A stretch of 64,000 bases of DNA from an uncultured delta proteobacterium (GTDB lineage: Bacteria > Myxococcota_A > Polyangia > Fen-1088), in assembly GCA_963755125.1 (NCBI GenBank), contig CAVWIP010000014.1, positions 128,001 through 192,000 of the forward strand, given 5' to 3'. Positions 18,449-28,194 of the stretch are shown here, piece after piece. Made by a program: the position numbers and the translations under genes. The notes below the pieces were generated by a model. The model did not search any database. It worked only from the letters and a program-made list of their open reading frames with translations, and was not told the origin of the DNA. Numbering within the stretch: the first letter of the stretch is position 1; every line of letters starts with the position of its first letter.

Positions 18449-21400
18449 CCACCATGCCGAAGTCCCTGTTCGCCGCGCTCGAGGTTTCGACCACGCCCGA
18501 TCCGGCTGTGCTGGAGTACCTCAAGGCCGGTGGTGTGGCCAAAGACGCCGGGCAGGAAGCCTATCTGGCCAGGCTCCGTCGCGACGTGGTCAGCAAGCCT
18601 GTCATCTATCTCGGCACCGGAACCTGTGGCATGGGCGCGGGCGCGGCCAAGGTCGGCAATGCGCTTCGCCAGTACCTGGAAGCCAACCACAAGGACGTCG
18701 AGATCGTCGAGGTTGGCTGCATCGGCATGTGCGCGTTCGAGCCCATGCTGGACGTGCAGATGCCAGGCAAGCGCCGCCTGTCGTTCATGCAGGTCTCGCC
18801 CGACAACGTCGCCGCCATCCTGGACGGCGTGTTCGCCGGCAAGATCCCGACCCCGAACCTGGTTGGTCAATTTCGCGCGGGGCCGGCCGAGGCGTGGGCC
18901 GACCTACCCTACCTCGACGAGCATCCCTTCTTCAAGCCGCAGTTGCGCTGGGTGCTGGAATTCTCGGGCATCATCGATCCGGGCAGCATCGAGGAGTACA
19001 TCGCGCGCGGCGGATACAAGAGCTTCCTGGAAACCATTCGCAGCAAGACCCGCGAAGCGGTGTGCGACACGGTCGAGAAGAGCGGGCTGCGCGGCCGCGG
19101 CGGCGGCGGCTTCCCCGCCGGCCGCAAGTGGAAGATGGCGCTTAGCCAGTCGAGCGATCAGAAGTACCTGATCTGCAACGCCGACGAGGGCGACCCCGGT
19201 GCCTTCATGGACCGCGCCTTGATCGAGAGCGATCCGCACAAGCTGCTGGAAGGCATGATGATCGCCGCCTACGCCATCGGCGCCAAGGACGCCTACGTGT
19301 ACATTCGCGCCGAGTACCCGCTGGCGGTGCAGCGACTGCGCGAGGCCATCGCGCGCGCTACCGCCTACGGTCTCATCGGCGATCACATCATGGGCAGCGG
19401 ATTCAACCTGCAGTTCCACATCAAGATGGGCGCCGGCGCGTTCGTGTGTGGGGAAGAGACCGCGCTCATGCACAGCATCGAAGGCCGGCGCGGCATGCCG
19501 CGGCCGCGGCCTCCCTACCCGGCGCAGAGCGGGCTGTTCGCCAAGCCCACGGTCATCAACAACGTCGAGACCCTGGCCAACGTGCCGGTGGTCATGCGCA
19601 AGGGCGCCGAGGGCTACGCCGCCGTCGGTACCGCCACCAGCAAGGGCACCAAGATCTTCGCGCTCAGCGGAAAGGTCCAGCGCGCGGGTCTGGTCGAAGT
19701 CGCGATGGGAACATCCCTGCGCACCGTCATCTTCGACGTGGGCAGCGGGCCGCCCGCAGGCAAGAAATTCAAGGCGGTGCAGATCGGCGGTCCCTCGGGC
19801 GGCTGCATCCCGCCGCAGTTGCTCGACACGCCCATCGACTACGAAACCCTGAAGAGCGCCGGCGCCATCATGGGCTCCGGCGGCTTGGTGGTGCTGGACG
19901 AGACCACCTGCATGGTGGACTTCGCCAAGTTCTTCATGGAGTTCATCCAGTCCGAAAGCTGCGGCAAGTGCATCCCCTGTCGCGAGGGCACGCGCCGCAT
20001 GCTGGAGATCCTCGACGCCATCACCCGGCCGCGGCGCAAGGAAGAGAACATCGATGCGCTGGTTCGCTTCCAGGGCATCATGCGCCTGGCGGAACTGGCC
20101 GAGACCATCAAGATCACCAGCCTGTGCGGCCTGGGGCAGACCGCGCCCAATCCGGTGCTGTCGACCCTGCGCTGGTTCCGCGACGAATACGAAGCGCATG
20201 TCTTCGAGCGAAGCTGTCCGGCGGGCGCGTGCAAGGATCTGGTGGGCGCGCCCTGCCAGAACACCTGCCCGGTGGGCACGGAAGCCTGGCGCTACGTCGC
20301 GCACATCGCGCGCGGCGAGTACGCGGAAGCCTATCGGGTCATCCGCAGCGCCAACCCGTTCCCCTCGGCCTGCGCGCGCGTGTGCGACCACCCCTGCGAG
20401 CTGATGTGTCGTGCCGGCGCCACCGGTGGCGAGCCGATCGCCGTGCGCACCCTCAAGCGCTTTGTCGTGGATCGCGTGGCGCCTGACACCTACAAGGAAC
20501 CGGTCAAGCCCGCGGGGGCCAACGCGCCCAAGATCGCAGTCATCGGCGCCGGCCCGTCTGGGCTGACCGCAGCCCACTACCTGGGCGCGATGGGCAACCG
20601 GGTCACTGTGTTCGAGCGCGAATCCAAGCCCGGCGGCATGCTGGTCTCGGCCATTCCCGAGTACCGGCTGCCACGCGAGACATTGCGGAAGGAGATCGAC
20701 TCTCTGTTGAACGTCAACGTCGAATTGAAGCTCAATCAAACCCTGGGCAAGGACTTCACCATCGATTCGTTGATGGACAAGGACGGCTACAAGGCGGTGT
20801 ACGTGGCCACCGGCGCGCACGAGAGCAAGCGGCTGGGCTTGTCGGGTGACGACGCCGTGGGCGTGCTCCCCAGCATCAAGTTCCTCAAGGCCTACAACCT
20901 GGAGGGCAAGCACCTGGCCAAGGGTCGGGTGGGAATCATCGGCGGCGGCAATTCCGCCATCGACGCCGCCCGTGTGGCCTTCCGCCAGAAGGGCGTGACC
21001 GGCGTGACGGTGTTCTACCGGCGCACGCGGACCGAAATGCCGGCCTACGCCGAGGAGATCGAGGCAGCCTTGGCCGAGGGTATCGTGCTCAAGCCGCTGG
21101 TGGCTCCCATCGGGGTCGTGGTCAAGGACGGCAAGCTCGGCGGAGTGAAGTTCATCAACAATGAACTGGGCCCGCTCGACGATTCAGGCCGCCAGCAGCC
21201 GGTGCCGATTCCCGGATCGGAACACGTGGTGGATCTGGACACGCTCATCGTGGCCATCAGCGAGCAACCTGAAGGCGTGGGGCTCAAGGATCTGAAGACC
21301 ACGCGCTGGGGAACCGTGACCGTCAATCCCGAATCATTCACCACCAGCCGGCCGGGAGTGTTCGCCGGCGGCGACGTGACATCTGGCCCCAGCACGGTGA

Positions 21401-21702
21401 TCAAGGCGATCGCCGCGGGCAAGAGCGCGGCGGTCATGCTGCAGAACTTCGTCAGCGGCAAGCTGCTCAAGCAGTTGCCCAAGGTGAAGCTGCCGTCCTT
21501 CTACGTCGAGCCGGTGCAAGTGGCCGGGGAAGAAGAAGAGGGCGACGTGATGGTCGCGCGGGTCAAGCAGCCCCACCTGCCGGTCGAAAAGCGCCGCGGG
21601 AGTTTTGCCGAGGTCGAGTTGTGCATCTCGGAGGAGGCGGCCCAATGTGAGGCGCGGCGCTGCTTGCGCTGCGACCTGGATTTCACGCGGCCCTTGCACT
21701 GA
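18445..21702 (+). CDS. hydB: Hydrogenase flavin subunit: thioredoxin-like FeS domain plus NuoF (FMN/NADH), fused to a GltD-like FAD/NADPH module
   Basis: GRGGGGFP, NADEGDPGAFMDR, GAFVCGEETAL and ESCGKCIPCREG; then PCQNTCP, CARVCDHPCE, GAGPSG, GGGNSAIDAAR, YRRTR and EARRCLRC. ATGA overlap with hydC. Confidence 0.9.
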   Translation: MTTMPKSLFAALEVSTTPDPAVLEYLKAGGVAKDAGQEAYLARLRRDVVSKPVIYLGTGTCGMGAGAAKVGNALRQYLEANHKDVEIVEVGCIGMCAFEPMLDVQMPGKRRLSFMQVSPDNVAAILDGVFAGKIPTPNLVGQFRAGPAEAWADLPYLDEHPFFKPQLRWVLEFSGIIDPGSIEEYIARGGYKSFLETIRSKTREAVCDTVEKSGLRGRGGGGFPAGRKWKMALSQSSDQKYLICNADEGDPGAFMDRALIESDPHKLLEGMMIAAYAIGAKDAYVYIRAEYPLAVQRLREAIARATAYGLIGDHIMGSGFNLQFHIKMGAGAFVCGEETALMHSIEGRRGMPRPRPPYPAQSGLFAKPTVINNVETLANVPVVMRKGAEGYAAVGTATSKGTKIFALSGKVQRAGLVEVAMGTSLRTVIFDVGSGPPAGKKFKAVQIGGPSGGCIPPQLLDTPIDYETLKSAGAIMGSGGLVVLDETTCMVDFAKFFMEFIQSESCGKCIPCREGTRRMLEILDAITRPRRKEENIDALVRFQGIMRLAELAETIKITSLCGLGQTAPNPVLSTLRWFRDEYEAHVFERSCPAGACKDLVGAPCQNTCPVGTEAWRYVAHIARGEYAEAYRVIRSANPFPSACARVCDHPCELMCRAGATGGEPIAVRTLKRFVVDRVAPDTYKEPVKPAGANAPKIAVIGAGPSGLTAAHYLGAMGNRVTVFERESKPGGMLVSAIPEYRLPRETLRKEIDSLLNVNVELKLNQTLGKDFTIDSLMDKDGYKAVYVATGAHESKRLGLSGDDAVGVLPSIKFLKAYNLEGKHLAKGRVGIIGGGNSAIDAARVAFRQKGVTGVTVFYRRTRTEMPAYAEEIEAALAEGIVLKPLVAPIGVVVKDGKLGGVKFINNELGPLDDSGRQQPVPIPGSEHVVDLDTLIVAISEQPEGVGLKDLKTTRWGTVTVNPESFTTSRPGVFAGGDVTSGPSTVIKAIAAGKSAAVMLQNFVSGKLLKQLPKVKLPSFYVEPVQVAGEEEEGDVMVARVKQPHLPVEKRRGSFAEVELCISEEAAQCEARRCLRCDLDFTRPLH

Positions 21703-21728
21703 ACCTGAGTCATCGCGAGGAATACACG

Positions 21729-23450
21729 ATGTTTACGATTGAAATCGATAGCAAGCCCATCGAGACAAACGGGGGCGAGACCATTCTTTCGGTGTGCCAG
21801 CGTGAAGGCGTCCACATTCCGACCTTGTGCTACATGGAAGGCCTGCCCCCCAGCGGCGCCTGCCGTCTGTGCATCGTGGAAGTGGAAGGCGCGCCTGGCC
21901 TGGTGCCGTCCTGTTCTTTTCCGGTTGCCAAGGACATGAAGATCAAGACCCGCTCGCCCAAGGTGCTGGCGGCCCGGCGCACTATCGTGGAGTTGTTGCT
22001 GTCCAATCACCCCGATGATTGCCTGTACTGCACGCGCAATCAGCGCTGCGACCTACAGTCCCTGGCCGCCGAGTTCGGCGTGCGCCAGCGCCACTACATC
22101 GGCAAGAAGAACAACCGCGACATGGACGTGTCGTCGCCCTCCATCGTGCGCGACCCGGACAAGTGCGTGCTGTGCGGCCGCTGCGTGCGCGTGTGCGAGG
22201 AGATCCAGGGCGTCTCCGCCATCGACTTCATCCACCGCGGTCCCAAGGCGGTGGTGGGCACGGCGTTCGAGACCGGCCTCAACGTCTCGTCGTGTATCAA
22301 CTGCGGCCAGTGTATCCTGGCTTGCCCGACAGCAGCGCTGACCGAGCACAGCTACCTCAATGAGGTGATGGCGGCTCTTTCCGACCCGAACAAGTACGTG
22401 GTGGTCCAGCACGCGCCGGCGGTGTCGGTGACCATCGCGGAGGAATTCGGCCTCAAGCCGGGCAAGGACGCCGACGGCCACATGGTCGCGACCCTGCGCA
22501 AGCTGGGGTTCAAGCGGGTGTTCGACACCTCGTTCACCGCCGATCTGACCATCATGGAAGAGGGGTCGGAGCTGGTGAAGCGCATCCAGAGCGGCGGCAC
22601 CCTGCCCATGATGACGAGCTGCTCGCCCGGGTGGATCAAGTACGTCGAGCAATTCTACCCCGACTTCATTCCCAATCTGTCCACCTGCAAGAGTCCGCAG
22701 CAGATGATGGGCGCGGTGATCAAGTCGTTCTTCGCGAAGCGCGAGGGACTCGATCCGTCGAAGATCGTCAGCGTCTCGGTCATGCCCTGCACGGCCAAGA
22801 AGTTCGAGTGCGCGCGCGAGGAGATGGGGCGCGACTACGTGCCGGACGTGGACTACGTCCTGACCACGCGCGAATTGGCTCAGCTCATCCGTATGTTCGG
22901 CATCGACATGATGGATGTCGAACCGGATCACGCTGACACGCCCTTCGGTCTGCGCTCCACCGCCGGCAAGATCTTCGGCGCCACCGGCGGCGTGATGGAG
23001 GCTGCCATCCGCAGCGCGTATTTCTTGCTGACCGGCAAGGAATTGAAAGAGCTGAAGGTGCAAGAGGTACGCGGCCTGGACGGCATCAAGGAGGCCAAGG
23101 TCAAGATCGGCGATCTCGAGGTCGGCGTGGCAGTAGCCAGCAGCCTGAAGAACGCTGCGCAGTTGCTGGAGTCGATACGGGCGGGCCGCAAGGACATCCA
23201 TTTCATCGAGGTCATGACCTGCCCCGGAGGCTGCATCGCCGGCGGCGGCCAACCGCTGCACGGCGACCAGAATGCCATCAAGGCGCGCATGCAGGCGCTG
23301 TATCAGATCGACCGCGACGAGGCCCTCCGGGTCAGCCACAAGAACGAGGACGTGGCACGGCTGTACAAGGAATTTCTGGGCGCCCCGCTGGGCGAGATGA
23401 GCCACAAGCTCCTGCACACGCACTATCACCGACGAGACGTGCTGGTCTGA
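21729..23450 (+). CDS. hydA: [FeFe]-hydrogenase catalytic subunit (group A)
   Basis: TSCSPGW, MPCTAKKFE and EVMTCPGGCIAGGGQP; N-terminal [2Fe-2S], His-ligated [4Fe-4S] and 2x[4Fe-4S]. Confidence 0.95.
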   Translation: MFTIEIDSKPIETNGGETILSVCQREGVHIPTLCYMEGLPPSGACRLCIVEVEGAPGLVPSCSFPVAKDMKIKTRSPKVLAARRTIVELLLSNHPDDCLYCTRNQRCDLQSLAAEFGVRQRHYIGKKNNRDMDVSSPSIVRDPDKCVLCGRCVRVCEEIQGVSAIDFIHRGPKAVVGTAFETGLNVSSCINCGQCILACPTAALTEHSYLNEVMAALSDPNKYVVVQHAPAVSVTIAEEFGLKPGKDADGHMVATLRKLGFKRVFDTSFTADLTIMEEGSELVKRIQSGGTLPMMTSCSPGWIKYVEQFYPDFIPNLSTCKSPQQMMGAVIKSFFAKREGLDPSKIVSVSVMPCTAKKFECAREEMGRDYVPDVDYVLTTRELAQLIRMFGIDMMDVEPDHADTPFGLRSTAGKIFGATGGVMEAAIRSAYFLLTGKELKELKVQEVRGLDGIKEAKVKIGDLEVGVAVASSLKNAAQLLESIRAGRKDIHFIEVMTCPGGCIAGGGQPLHGDQNAIKARMQALYQIDRDEALRVSHKNEDVARLYKEFLGAPLGEMSHKLLHTHYHRRDVLV

Positions 23451-23484
23451 ATCGGGTCCACTGCAGGACTGGAAGGAAACGACA

Positions 23485-23877
23485 ATGGCGAACGCAAAGA
23501 AGATACTGGTGGTGGACGACGATCCCGACATCGTGGAGCAGGTGAGCCTGATCCTGAAGCAAGACGGTCACGAGGTACACGCGGCGGGAACCCAGGCCGA
23601 GGCCGAGGAGATCCTGCTGTCGATCAAGCCGGACCTGGCCATCCTGGACCTGATGATGGAGGAGAAGGACACCGGGTTCGTGCTCTGTCATCGCATCAAG
23701 AAGTTGTACCCGGACACGCCGGTGATGATGGTCACCGCGGTCAAGGCCGCGACCGGGCTGTCGTTCGCGGCGGATTCGGCCTTGCAGCAGTCGTGGCTCA
23801 AGGCCGACCTGCTGCTGGACAAGCCCATCCGCTCCGAGCGCCTGCGCAATGACGTCGACCGGCTGCTGAACCGCTAG
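23485..23877 (+). CDS. Single-domain response regulator
   Basis: ILVVDDD, ILDLMM, VTA and DKP; no output domain. Confidence 0.9.
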   Translation: MANAKKILVVDDDPDIVEQVSLILKQDGHEVHAAGTQAEAEEILLSIKPDLAILDLMMEEKDTGFVLCHRIKKLYPDTPVMMVTAVKAATGLSFAADSALQQSWLKADLLLDKPIRSERLRNDVDRLLNR

Positions 23878-24120
23878 GAATCGGAGATCGAGTCGCAGGG
23901 CGTGGAGTCACCCCTTGCTCTGTTCGAGCAACCAGCGCCACGCGGGTTGTGCCCCGGGCCGCGCCGACTTCAATGCGGAGGAAACCTCGTGGTAGAGGAG
24001 GACGCCTTTCGCCTGTTGGGAGCGTGACTTTCCCAGTGCCATGGACATCTGCTCTCGCTTCGCCGTATTCGGATCGCTCAGGCTCCAGCAGACGTTCCCC
24101 AAGGCCCTGCCTTCTTCGTC

Positions 24121-24183
24121 CAGACCGCGTCCGGCCAGGATGTGATGGCCTATGTCGAAAACTGCTTCGGCCGCTATTTGCAG
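24121..24183 (-). pseudogene. Short relic resembling a DUF86/HepT (HEPN) toxin segment
   Basis: Translates LQIAAEAVFDIGHHILAGRGL; no intact gene around it. Confidence 0.4.
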
Positions 24184-24265
24184 AGCTGATGTACTTGAGG
24201 ACCGGAAGCGCAGGCCCGACCGACACGGCCGTCGCCACCTCGGTGGGTTGTGGGGAACGGCTTTG

Positions 24266-25774
24266 CTAGATCTTTCCGCCGGTGAGCGAGATGCTGCTCC
24301 GAGGAGAGCGGCTCTCGTTGGCGGCGCTCACGCGGACGCCGGCGCGATCGACCACCGGGCAGCGGGTCTCGCAGATGCCACAGCCGGTGCAGTAGTCCAG
24401 ATCGACGAACGGCATCTTCAGCGTCTTCTGCGAACCGTCGCGAGCAGTGATGGTCTCCATCTTGAAATAGATCGCCTTGGGCGAGGTCGGGCAGACCTCC
24501 TCGCACACGATGCACTCGGTCTGGTAGCCCCAGGGCAGGCAACGGCCCTTGTCGAAGAAGGCCGAGCCGATGCGCACGGGCGGGCGGACCGGCATCTCGC
24601 CGACCTTCTTTTCGATGGTCAGTTTCTCGATGGCGCCGGTGGGACAGACCTGGCCGCAGAGAACGCAGTTCGACTCGCAATAGCCGATGCGCGGGATCAG
24701 GATGGGCGACCAGAAGCCCTCGATGCCGGCCTCGTGCAGTGCGGGTTGCAGGCCGCCGGTGGGGCAGACCTTCATGCAGGCGGCGCACTTGAGGCACTTT
24801 TCCAGAAACGCCCTTTCTTCCAGTGAGCCGGGCGGCCGAATGCGCGCGGGATTGGGCCGCGGCTCCACCCCGTCCGAGGCGCGCATGAAAGGCACCGCCA
24901 CCGCGCCCGCCACGCCGGCGCCCAACCACTTGCGCCGCACCAAATCGATCTTGGTGGTGGAGAGCTTCACCGGCGGCAGGAACCGGTAGGAAAGTCCGCC
25001 GCGCGGGCAGCTCTCGATGCAGTTCAGGCACACCATGCACTCGGTGGCGCGCACCGTGCCCTGAGGATCGGCCGCGCCCTGGCACTCGGACCCGCAGAAC
25101 TTGCAGCCCTTGCAGATTTCCGGGTTCTTGCTGATACGGAACAGGGAGAACTTCGACAGCAGCCCGAGCAGCGCGCCCAGCGGACAGAGTACGCGGCAGT
25201 AGAAGCGCGGGTAAATCAGGTTGAGGGCCAGCGCGCCGAAGAAAACCAGGGTAATCAGGGTTCCCCACTGGAAGTGCCGTTCGCCCTGGTACATGCCGAA
25301 AGCGAGGTTGCCCAGCGCAGGCATGACAGACGTGGCCAGGCCACGCCAGGTCGAGGCGATGGGGTCGAGCAGGCCGATCTGTACGCTGCCGGCTGCCGCC
25401 AGACCGAGCATCACTGCCAGAACCAGATACTTGATCTTGTGCGAGGGCCGCGGGGCGTTCTGCTTCACCCGGTCAGGTGGCCGTCGCCTGCGCGCCAGGA
25501 AACCCAGAGCGTGGTGCAGGACGCCCATGGGACAGATCCACGAGCAGAAGAAGCGGCCCAGGATCAGGGTGGGCACGATGATGACCAGCGACCACAGCAG
25601 CGCGTGGTGCAGCGAGTGTGAGGCCAGCGCGGTGGTGACGGCCACCAGAGGGTCGAACTCGAGCAGCCATTGCACGTCGTAGCCGCGGATCAGCCCCGCG
25701 GTGGTGAGCAGGACGAAGAACAGGAAGAACCCGAGAAAGACAACCTGGTAGCTGCGACGCAACCAACGAAACAT
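24266..25774 (-). CDS. Membrane polyferredoxin (NapH/MauN-like fused to NapG/MauM-like)
   Basis: TM helices with FCSWICPMG and YCRVLCPLG; ferredoxin motifs; internal RRKWL plus hydrophobic segment; RPPG and four further Cys clusters. Confidence 0.87.
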   Translation of the reverse strand: MFRWLRRSYQVVFLGFFLFFVLLTTAGLIRGYDVQWLLEFDPLVAVTTALASHSLHHALLWSLVIIVPTLILGRFFCSWICPMGVLHHALGFLARRRRPPDRVKQNAPRPSHKIKYLVLAVMLGLAAAGSVQIGLLDPIASTWRGLATSVMPALGNLAFGMYQGERHFQWGTLITLVFFGALALNLIYPRFYCRVLCPLGALLGLLSKFSLFRISKNPEICKGCKFCGSECQGAADPQGTVRATECMVCLNCIESCPRGGLSYRFLPPVKLSTTKIDLVRRKWLGAGVAGAVAVPFMRASDGVEPRPNPARIRPPGSLEERAFLEKCLKCAACMKVCPTGGLQPALHEAGIEGFWSPILIPRIGYCESNCVLCGQVCPTGAIEKLTIEKKVGEMPVRPPVRIGSAFFDKGRCLPWGYQTECIVCEEVCPTSPKAIYFKMETITARDGSQKTLKMPFVDLDYCTGCGICETRCPVVDRAGVRVSAANESRSPRSSISLTGGKI

Positions 25775-25776
25775 GG

Positions 25777-26832
25777 TCAGCCCCCCAGTTCGACGGTCTT
25801 CAGGCTCTGCCACTGCAGCGTGCCCAGGCCGGCCTTCATGCCCTCGACGATGAAGCCGACGTCGTTGGGGTTGAGTCCGAGCAAAGTGGCGCCAAAGGCA
25901 TCGAGAGCGACCTCGTCGTTGCCGGCCGCGATGGTGTCCATCTGTTTCACGTCGGCCAGGCTGCCGCCGGTGGGGCCGTTGGCCAGAAGAATGCGCGTGG
26001 CATCCAGGATGGTCAGGGTGGGTTTCACCATGGCCGCCAGGTCAATGATGGAGAGGTGGATGTTCTGGTGCAGCTTCACGCGCTGGCCGCCCAGCACGCC
26101 GTACCAGTTCTTGAGCGACATGGACGCCAGCGAAAGCCCGTGCTGCTTGACAATCGGGACGTTGATCACGCGATCCGCTTCGACGAAGGGGAAGAGCACA
26201 TCGCCGGTGCGCAACAGTTTGCCCGACACGTTCACCTCGCGGAAGGCCGAGGCATCGGGCCGCACCACGGTGGCACCCGCCGCCTTGGCCGCCTTCTCGA
26301 TGCCCGAGCGGCCGAAGCATTGCTCGGGCGTGTTGACCGAAGCGTCGGTCAGCCACACCTTGCCCGCGCCCGCCGCGACCACCAGACGCACGACCTCGGC
26401 CACCACGTCGGGATTGGTGTTGGCGGCCTGCTCGGGTGTGCGATTCCAGCCGATGTTGGGCTTGATGACCACGCGCTCACCGCGCCGGACGAAGCGGCCC
26501 ATGCCGCCCAGAGCTTCTATGGCCTTGCGCACGTTGGCCGCAGGGTCCGGCCCGCGCGCGATGGCCATGTCCGTGGCGCCGGCCGGCTTGTCCGCCCGAT
26601 GATCCTTTATGGTGGGCAGGTCGGCGGCCTGCTTGCGACTGCCGCGCTCGCGCAGTCCCAGGCCGAGCGCCACCGAGCCCAGGGCCATTGCCGCGGTCGC
26701 GCCCACGCGCAGAACCCCGCGTCGGTCCATGCCGGCGGCGTCGGCCGACGGCGTGGAGGTCGTCTGGGTGCCTTTGGGAACCTGCGCCGCAGGTACTTTG
26801 TCGTACGGGCCGGGCGGTCCGTTGCTGCTCAT
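25777..26832 (-). CDS. Tat-exported DUF362-family protein
   Basis: MDRRGVLR; VVIKPN, NTNP, INVPIVKQH, SLKNWYG and ILDATR. Confidence 0.85.
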   Translation of the reverse strand: MSSNGPPGPYDKVPAAQVPKGTQTTSTPSADAAGMDRRGVLRVGATAAMALGSVALGLGLRERGSRKQAADLPTIKDHRADKPAGATDMAIARGPDPAANVRKAIEALGGMGRFVRRGERVVIKPNIGWNRTPEQAANTNPDVVAEVVRLVVAAGAGKVWLTDASVNTPEQCFGRSGIEKAAKAAGATVVRPDASAFREVNVSGKLLRTGDVLFPFVEADRVINVPIVKQHGLSLASMSLKNWYGVLGGQRVKLHQNIHLSIIDLAAMVKPTLTILDATRILLANGPTGGSLADVKQMDTIAAGNDEVALDAFGATLLGLNPNDVGFIVEGMKAGLGTLQWQSLKTVELGG

Positions 26833-27380
26833 TTCATCTTCCCCTTCAGCGCCTTGGCCAGCCCGGGCAGGGCGGCTTCGGCCTTCTTGTCGAAGGCGGT
26901 CAGCTTCACGTAGTAACGGCTCGCACGGAACACGAACGACATGGGACCGGCGATCGCATCCGGGAAGTCAGTCACAGGCTTGGCCGTTGCTGATTTCTCC
27001 GCATCGAAGATCGACTGTGCATTGGCCGGCTCGGCCATGTCATACACCGCGCAGTCCACGTCGCTGCCGTCCGCTGTGGCCAGTTCGGTTGCAGCCTGCC
27101 TGCGGAAGTGGCGCTCTATGAAGATGGGTGCGGCTCCATCGATGGAGTCAAAGAGACCTTTTTCGTCGTAGAGAGTGACCTTTTCCTTGACCGTGGCGCC
27201 GCCCAAGTCGCCCTGGAAAAGCGCCAGCAAGATTTTGTCCGCCTCGGCGCCCGATGGCCGAGGCTTGCCCGCAGGAACGGCGGTCGCGACCATGGCGCGG
27301 TGGCCATCGCGGACCATCCATCCAATGAACGCCGGCGGGATGAGCGCCAGCAAGACGAAGAGGGGAGTGCGCACTGCCAT
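26829..27380 (-). CDS. Membrane-anchored DUF6599-like protein
   Basis: N-terminal TM; LFDSIDGAAPIF, VYDMAEPANAQSIF and RYYVKL. Confidence 0.7.
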   Translation of the reverse strand: MAVRTPLFVLLALIPPAFIGWMVRDGHRAMVATAVPAGKPRPSGAEADKILLALFQGDLGGATVKEKVTLYDEKGLFDSIDGAAPIFIERHFRRQAATELATADGSDVDCAVYDMAEPANAQSIFDAEKSATAKPVTDFPDAIAGPMSFVFRASRYYVKLTAFDKKAEAALPGLAKALKGKMK

Positions 27381-27524
27381 GAAGATTATGGCGAACGCAC
27401 AGCGGCAATCAAGCACGGCCGCGTCGATCAGTCTGTCGTTGCATGATGGCGCAGAGCCTACAATAATTCCAAGCGGCGGTCTGGGACCGCAGTTCGCTAG
27501 CCCCCGCTTACAGGAGAAAACCAC

Positions 27525-28130
27525 ATGACTCGTCTACGCCTTCTCGGTCTTTGCGCGTGCCTCGTTCTTTCGCTGACCACTATCGCGTGCGGCAGCAGCA
27601 ACAGCGGTCCACTGACCTGGGACCAGTCGCGCATCGCCAACACGAGCTCTGATTGGTGGCTGAACGCTCTCAAGGGCGAATATTACTTCTCCTTCGACAT
27701 AAGCAGTGCGTCGAACCAAAGCGACTGCACGATGTTCTCGGATGTCATGACCTTCAGCAATGCCGTCCTGGCCAAGTACAAGTCCGGCGCCGCGCCGGCC
27801 ACCATGGTCCCGGGAAGCGGCGAGGTTTCTGGCTGGACGTACGACCCAGGCCAGGTCAAGACCGCTACTGGGCCCGGGATTGCGACTGACCTGACCGGGG
27901 CCACGGATCTGATCGACGGCGGAGCAGCGGCCTTCTTCACGCCCAACTACTCGGCCACGGGCTTTGCCTGGGAGAACTACATCAACGACACCTACAAGTT
28001 GGAACTCCAGGTCTGGCAAATGGCGAGTGTGGCGAACGCCACGCAACTTTACACCGATCTCCTCACGGCCAGTTCACTCTACAGCAACGCGACCTTCACT
28101 GCTGTGCCGGCAACCTGTCCCTCTCCCTAA
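27525..28130 (+). CDS. Lipoprotein with a DUF6599-like domain in permuted order
   Basis: AGGAG RBS; TIAC lipobox; KGEYYFSF block precedes the LIDGGAAAFF and VWQMASVANATQLY blocks. Confidence 0.7.
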   Translation: MTRLRLLGLCACLVLSLTTIACGSSNSGPLTWDQSRIANTSSDWWLNALKGEYYFSFDISSASNQSDCTMFSDVMTFSNAVLAKYKSGAAPATMVPGSGEVSGWTYDPGQVKTATGPGIATDLTGATDLIDGGAAAFFTPNYSATGFAWENYINDTYKLELQVWQMASVANATQLYTDLLTASSLYSNATFTAVPATCPSP

Positions 28131-28194
28131 AGCCGCTGGCCAGAGATTCTGCCAGGGATGCAGCGCCATCCCCGGCAGCGGCGTTGCTTCTCGC

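Noticed and set aside
17969..23450. Respiratory complex I nuoEFG or glutamate synthase
   Set aside because: The third gene has intact H-cluster motifs, maturases are adjacent, and there is no gltB or membrane nuo gene.
9239..23531. Long minus-strand ORFs (665, 453, 669 and 492 aa) across the hydrogenase locus
   Set aside because: Antisense shadows caused by high GC3; no recognisable motifs.
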